A stretch of DNA of 62,994 nucleotides, the filler included, from Reclinomonas americana ATCC 50394 (Eukaryota), in assembly GCA_048213135.1 (NCBI GenBank). It is 12 parts of 12 records of this genome, joined end to end, with 100 filler letters (N's around TTAATTAATTAA, not from the genome) between each part and the next. Parts side by side here need not be neighbours in the genome. Positions count along the whole stretch, not along the records: positions 53,962 to 60,490 come from AFZH01022018.1; positions 60,591 to 62,994 come from AFZH01022023.1; 10 more parts are not named here. One strand, 5' to 3'. Position 1 is the stretch's first letter; the number at the start of each line of letters is the position of its first letter. Under the pieces are notes generated by a model. The model ran no database searches, was not told the DNA's origin, and was given only the letters and a program-made list of their open reading frames with translations. Position numbers and translations under genes: made by a program. This document shows, piece by piece, positions 59,537-62,994 of the stretch.

Positions 59537-60490
59537 ATGTCTCATGCTGGCCATTTTCCAAGCATTTCCGCCGCGCTTGCTGCATTGCTGTTGAGTCCAA
59601 TTTCGTCGTCCGCTCAGACGGGAGCGGGCGGGCCGCCTGTCGTTGGCTTCGTGGCCGCCGAGCTGAGGTCGGTAAACGAGACGACGGAAATCAACGGCCG
59701 GATACAGGCGGTGGGGCGCGTCGACCTGATCGCCCGGGTGAGCGCCTTCCTTGAACGACAACTCATCGTCGAAGGCGCCGAAGTCAGGAAGGGCGACCTG
59801 CTGTTCCAGCTTGAGAAGGCACCGTTCGAAGCCGCCGTCGAGGTGGCGCAGGCGGGCATTGCTCAGGCTCAGGCGCAGCTGGAGAACGCCAGCATGGCGC
59901 TGGCTCGCGCGGAAGAACTCTTCAAGAGCAATGCCGGCAGCAAGAGCGCGCTCGACAACGCTCAGGCTGCGCAACGCACAGCTGCCGCCCAATTGCGTGC
60001 TGCGCAGGCGCAACTGCATCAAGCCGAGATCAACTTGGGCTATACGGATATCCGCGCGCCTATCGACGGCCGCATCGGAAGGGCGGCGATCACCGTTGGA
60101 AACGTCGTCGGCCCGTCGTCCGGCGTGCTTGCGACCATCGTCAGTCAAGACCCGATCTACGTCACTTTCCCAGTGTCCGTTCGCCGGGCTGTGGACTTGC
60201 GGCAGCAGTTTGCGCGCGACGGAGGCTTCGGCGCCGTTCGTATCCAGCTGCGTCTCCCCGACGGCCGCCTCTACGGGAATCTGGGCAAGCTGGACTACTG
60301 GGACATCAATGTCGCGCGAGACACCGATTCGATCACGCTGCGCGGAGTCATCCCAAATCCAACCCTGCCGGGAGGCGGCCGCGAACTGACCAACGACCAG
60401 TTGGTCCGCGTCATCCTCGAGGCGGTAAAGCCGAAGCAGGTCCTCGTCGTTCCCCGTGTCGCCGTGCTGAGCGACCAGCAGGGCGACTAT
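59537..60490 (+). CDS. RND efflux periplasmic adaptor (AcrA-like membrane fusion protein), 3'-partial
   Basis: VDLIARVSAFL..EGAEVRKGDLLFQL, AEINLGYTDIRAPIDGRIG and LATIVSQDPIYVTF. Confidence 0.93.
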
Positions 60491-60590
60491 NNNNNNNNNN
60501 NNNNNNNNNNNNNNNNNNNNNNNNNNNNNNNNNNTTAATTAATTAANNNNNNNNNNNNNNNNNNNNNNNNNNNNNNNNNNNNNNNNNNNN

Positions 60591-61175
60591 GATGATTCTC
60601 GAAGCCGCAAGCGGTTCGTGGAGGCACTGGCCGCAGTAGGCGTTCCATCGCTAGCGCTTGGTCCAGGCGCGACGGCGCTCGTCGAGCGTGCTGTGGCTCG
60701 AAAGGCCTTGAACCTTAGCCACGATCCCGATCAGGTGAGCGATCCCAAGTCTCGGTTTTGGAGGGCGGCCGAAGAAGCCGTTCGATCAAACCGATTGCCG
60801 TTCCGCTCGACCCAACCTATGCCGCGATCCACGTTGGTGGTTTGGGACAGCTCGCGTCTCATACGAGTCGTGTTTTCGTTCGCCGATGGTGATTGTGCCG
60901 TGGTTGGAGCCGTCGCCTCCGGTTCGTGCGCGACCAGGCGGGAAGCGATCCTGCCTTTTGTCGCCAAGAACCTAAGATCAGGCGCAACAAGCTCGTTGCA
61001 CGCGTATGAGCTGGACGAAAATGGGCTGGTGGCTGCTTCGCAGAAATTCAATCTGCATGATGAGGGGAATTGGGCGGTGGGTCTCGGCTTCATCGCGAAC
61101 TACCTGACCAATGTGATGCACGCCCTCTATGATGCGCGCGCAGCCCAACGGGAAATCAAGCAAAGCGCTGCCTAG
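60591..61175 (+). CDS. Hypothetical protein, 5'-partial (accessory region next to tRNA)
   Basis: Open frame to TAG at 61175. No recognised motif. Confidence 0.55.
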   Translation, partial: DDSRSRKRFVEALAAVGVPSLALGPGATALVERAVARKALNLSHDPDQVSDPKSRFWRAAEEAVRSNRLPFRSTQPMPRSTLVVWDSSRLIRVVFSFADGDCAVVGAVASGSCATRREAILPFVAKNLRSGATSSLHAYELDENGLVAASQKFNLHDEGNWAVGLGFIANYLTNVMHALYDARAAQREIKQSAA

Positions 61176-61197
61176 CGCTTATCCGTACCGTCCTACT

Positions 61198-61233
61198 GAA
61201 GCGGCGTCGCGATTTGGTTCGCGGCGCCGTTTC
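61198..61233. terminator. Probable terminator hairpin
   Basis: Inverted repeat GAAGCGGCGTCGCGA / TCGCGGCGCCGTTTC (with G-U pairs) between convergent genes. Confidence 0.55.
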
Positions 61234-61336
61234 TGTTGGCGGTCGTACCCTGCGGCTAATGGGAAGTCGCACTACCTCTGACTGAAAGTCGGATTATGTG
61301 TGCGTGAGTCGCATTAATTGCGACTTACAAGATGAA

Positions 61337-61413
61337 TGGCGCGCCCGAAAGGATTCGAACCTCTGACCCTCAGATTCGTAGTCTGATGCTCTATCCAGCT
61401 GAGCTACGGGCGC
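61337..61413 (-). tRNA. tRNA-Arg (anticodon ACG)
   Basis: Reverse complement GCGCCCGTAGCTCAGCTGGATAGAGCATCAGACTACGAATCTGAGGGTCAGAGGTTCGAATCCTTTCGGGCGCGCCA: cloverleaf, GTTCGAA T-loop, encoded CCA. Confidence 0.97.
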
Positions 61414-61553
61414 ATGACAACGGAAGCGGTTTGAAGGCCGCCATCGGCTGACGGATGCGGACTTAACGGCTCCCGCCGCTCTTGGCAAGTCCGATTTGCC
61501 GACTTCGTTCGCTTTCTTGCCGAGCCCTGTGAAGAGCCGCGGACGAGGGCCTG

Positions 61554-61970
61554 TCAGCCATGCTTGCCGTGTAGCAGGAGTGGCTGCAAGGCATCCTGCC
61601 TCACGCCATCATCGCCCGCTGCGCTGTCCTGCGCAGCCATGCGATGGCCGCCATGTCGTGATTTCGGCAGTTTCTCGGCGATGCCGTAGAGCTCCTCGCG
61701 CCGGTCCATCTCGCGCCAGACCTCGCCGGGCGTGATGCCGAGTTCGCTCCACAGCACGACGAGATTGTAGATGAGGTCGGCGCTTTCGCGGACCACCGCC
61801 GGGCGGTTGTTCTGTACTGCCTCGATGCCGACCTCGACCGCCTCCTCGCCGAGCTTCTTGGCCATCTTCGGCACGCCTTCGCGGACGAGCTTGGCCGTGC
61901 GCGACCGAGCGGGGTCGCGGCTGCGGGCCGCAAGGACGGCGGCGTAGAGTCTCTGCACCGAATCGGTCAT
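61554..61970 (-). CDS. hisE: Phosphoribosyl-ATP diphosphatase
   Basis: SRTAKL..GVPKMAKKLGEEAVEVGIEA...VVRESADLIYNLVVLW. Confidence 0.9.
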   Translation of the reverse strand: MTDSVQRLYAAVLAARSRDPARSRTAKLVREGVPKMAKKLGEEAVEVGIEAVQNNRPAVVRESADLIYNLVVLWSELGITPGEVWREMDRREELYGIAEKLPKSRHGGHRMAAQDSAAGDDGVRQDALQPLLLHGKHG

Positions 61971-62032
61971 CGCTGCAGAATCGGGCCGCCATGTAAGGGT
62001 TTCGTGACGCTCCCGCCGCCTGCGCCGTGTGC

Positions 62033-62536
62033 TCATCGTGCCACCCCCGCGAACAGGCGCACCACCTCGCGATAGACCTCGCGCTTGAACGGGATGATCA
62101 GCTCCGCCGTCTCCGCCAGCGGCACCCAGCGCCAGGCGTCGAATTCCGGCTTGTGGCCGCCGCCGGGATTGAGGATGTCGATCTCGCTCTCATCGCCCTC
62201 GAAGCGGAAGGCGAACCATTTCTGTGACTGGCCGCGATATTTGCCGCGCCAGGCCTCCTTGCCGATCTCGCGCGGCAAATCGTAGCTCAGCCAGTCGGGC
62301 GCCTCGGCGAGGAGCGAGACGGACGAGACATTGGTTTCCTCGCGCAGCTCGCGATAGGCCGCCTCGATCGGCTGCTCGCCGGCGTCGATGCCGCCCTGCG
62401 GCATCTGCCATTCATGGCCGGGGGCGGTGTGCTCGCGCTGGCTGCGGTTGGCGCGGCGGCCGACGAAGACCAGACCGGCCGGATTGAACAGGGCGAGGCC
62501 GACGCAGGGACGATAGCCGGCGGGAGGTTTCATCAT
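62033..62536 (-). CDS. rppH: RNA pyrophosphohydrolase (Nudix)
   Basis: YRPCVG, WQMPQGGIDAGE..EAAYRELREET, YRGQSQKWF, PEFDAWRW and IPFKREVY. Confidence 0.95.
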   Translation of the reverse strand: MMKPPAGYRPCVGLALFNPAGLVFVGRRANRSQREHTAPGHEWQMPQGGIDAGEQPIEAAYRELREETNVSSVSLLAEAPDWLSYDLPREIGKEAWRGKYRGQSQKWFAFRFEGDESEIDILNPGGGHKPEFDAWRWVPLAETAELIIPFKREVYREVVRLFAGVAR

Positions 62537-62994
62537 CGCAGCGAGCCGGTGGTGGAAGGGTTGCGGAAGCCGCGGGCGGCGCTGACCGGGACAAGGACCA
62601 GATTCTTGCCCTCGAGCGTGCGAGCCCAGCGGGTGATGCGCTCGATCGTGACGGGCAGGGCGCTGGCGGTGGCGACGACCGCGCCCTGGTCACGGGCGAG
62701 CGTTTCGAGCCGCTGCAGCTCCTTGTCGATGCTCTCGGGGCGCGGGACCGTATCGAGCGATAGATCGGCCTTGAGCGCCGGGATCTGCGCTTTCGCCGCC
62801 GCCGAGGCGAGCAGGCTGCGTGGCGAGGAGCCGTCGTCGACGACCATCAGCCCGCGCCCGGCGAGTTCACGCAGCAGTGGCGTCAGGGCCATGTCGTCGG
62901 CGGTGAGGCGGCCGCCGAGGAAGTTGACGATGCCGACATAGCCTGTGAAGCGGCCGAGCACCCATTGCAGCCGGTCGAGATTGTCGCTGTCCCG
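62533..62994 (-). CDS. Divergent polysaccharide deacetylase family protein, 5'-partial
   Basis: GYVGIVNFLGGRLT, RGLMVVDDGSSPRS and LVLVPVSA. Usual position upstream of rppH in Hyphomicrobiales, with a 4-bp overlap. Confidence 0.85.
   Translation of the reverse strand, partial: RDSDNLDRLQWVLGRFTGYVGIVNFLGGRLTADDMALTPLLRELAGRGLMVVDDGSSPRSLLASAAAKAQIPALKADLSLDTVPRPESIDKELQRLETLARDQGAVVATASALPVTIERITRWARTLEGKNLVLVPVSAARGFRNPSTTGSLR

Noticed and set aside
2142..60590. Recurrent TTAATTAATTAA motif as a biological repeat
   Set aside because: Always centred in identical N-padded 100-nt spacers. It is an artificial six-frame-stop linker.

Overview
This window is not one contiguous locus. It is 12 contig pieces joined by artificial 100-nt linkers (N44-TTAATTAATTAA-N44). 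Bases 1-53861 come from a GC-rich, gene-dense, intron-rich unicellular eukaryote that uses the standard genetic code; I cannot assign its lineage. Its introns are mostly 55-90 nt and it is rich in CT/GT microsatellites. By hand-splicing I could model about 25 genes, including ankyrin-repeat paralogs, a class III adenylate cyclase, an aldo-keto reductase, UBLCP1, CenH3, an FN3 receptor, an inositol polyphosphate kinase, a sirtuin, TCTP, a calmodulin-like protein, GPATCH11, an ankyrin-PH protein, a class C GPCR, a very large Ser/Thr kinase, GCP3, a ZIP transporter and PRA1. Bases 53962-62994 are two alphaproteobacterial (Hyphomicrobiales, Bosea-like) contigs carrying MFS/TetR/RND genes, tRNA-Arg(ACG), hisE and rppH. 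The most striking signal is in the eukaryotic splicing code. About 42 introns I could place start with the atypical donor GTTGCG(T), which has C at +5 and G at +6, one base out of register with the usual GTRNGT. These donors are almost never preceded by an exonic G (3 of 42), whereas ordinary donors in the same genes mostly are. This suggests a second, register-shifted class of 5' splice site used at high frequency. All exon/intron models are manual inferences without RNA data.
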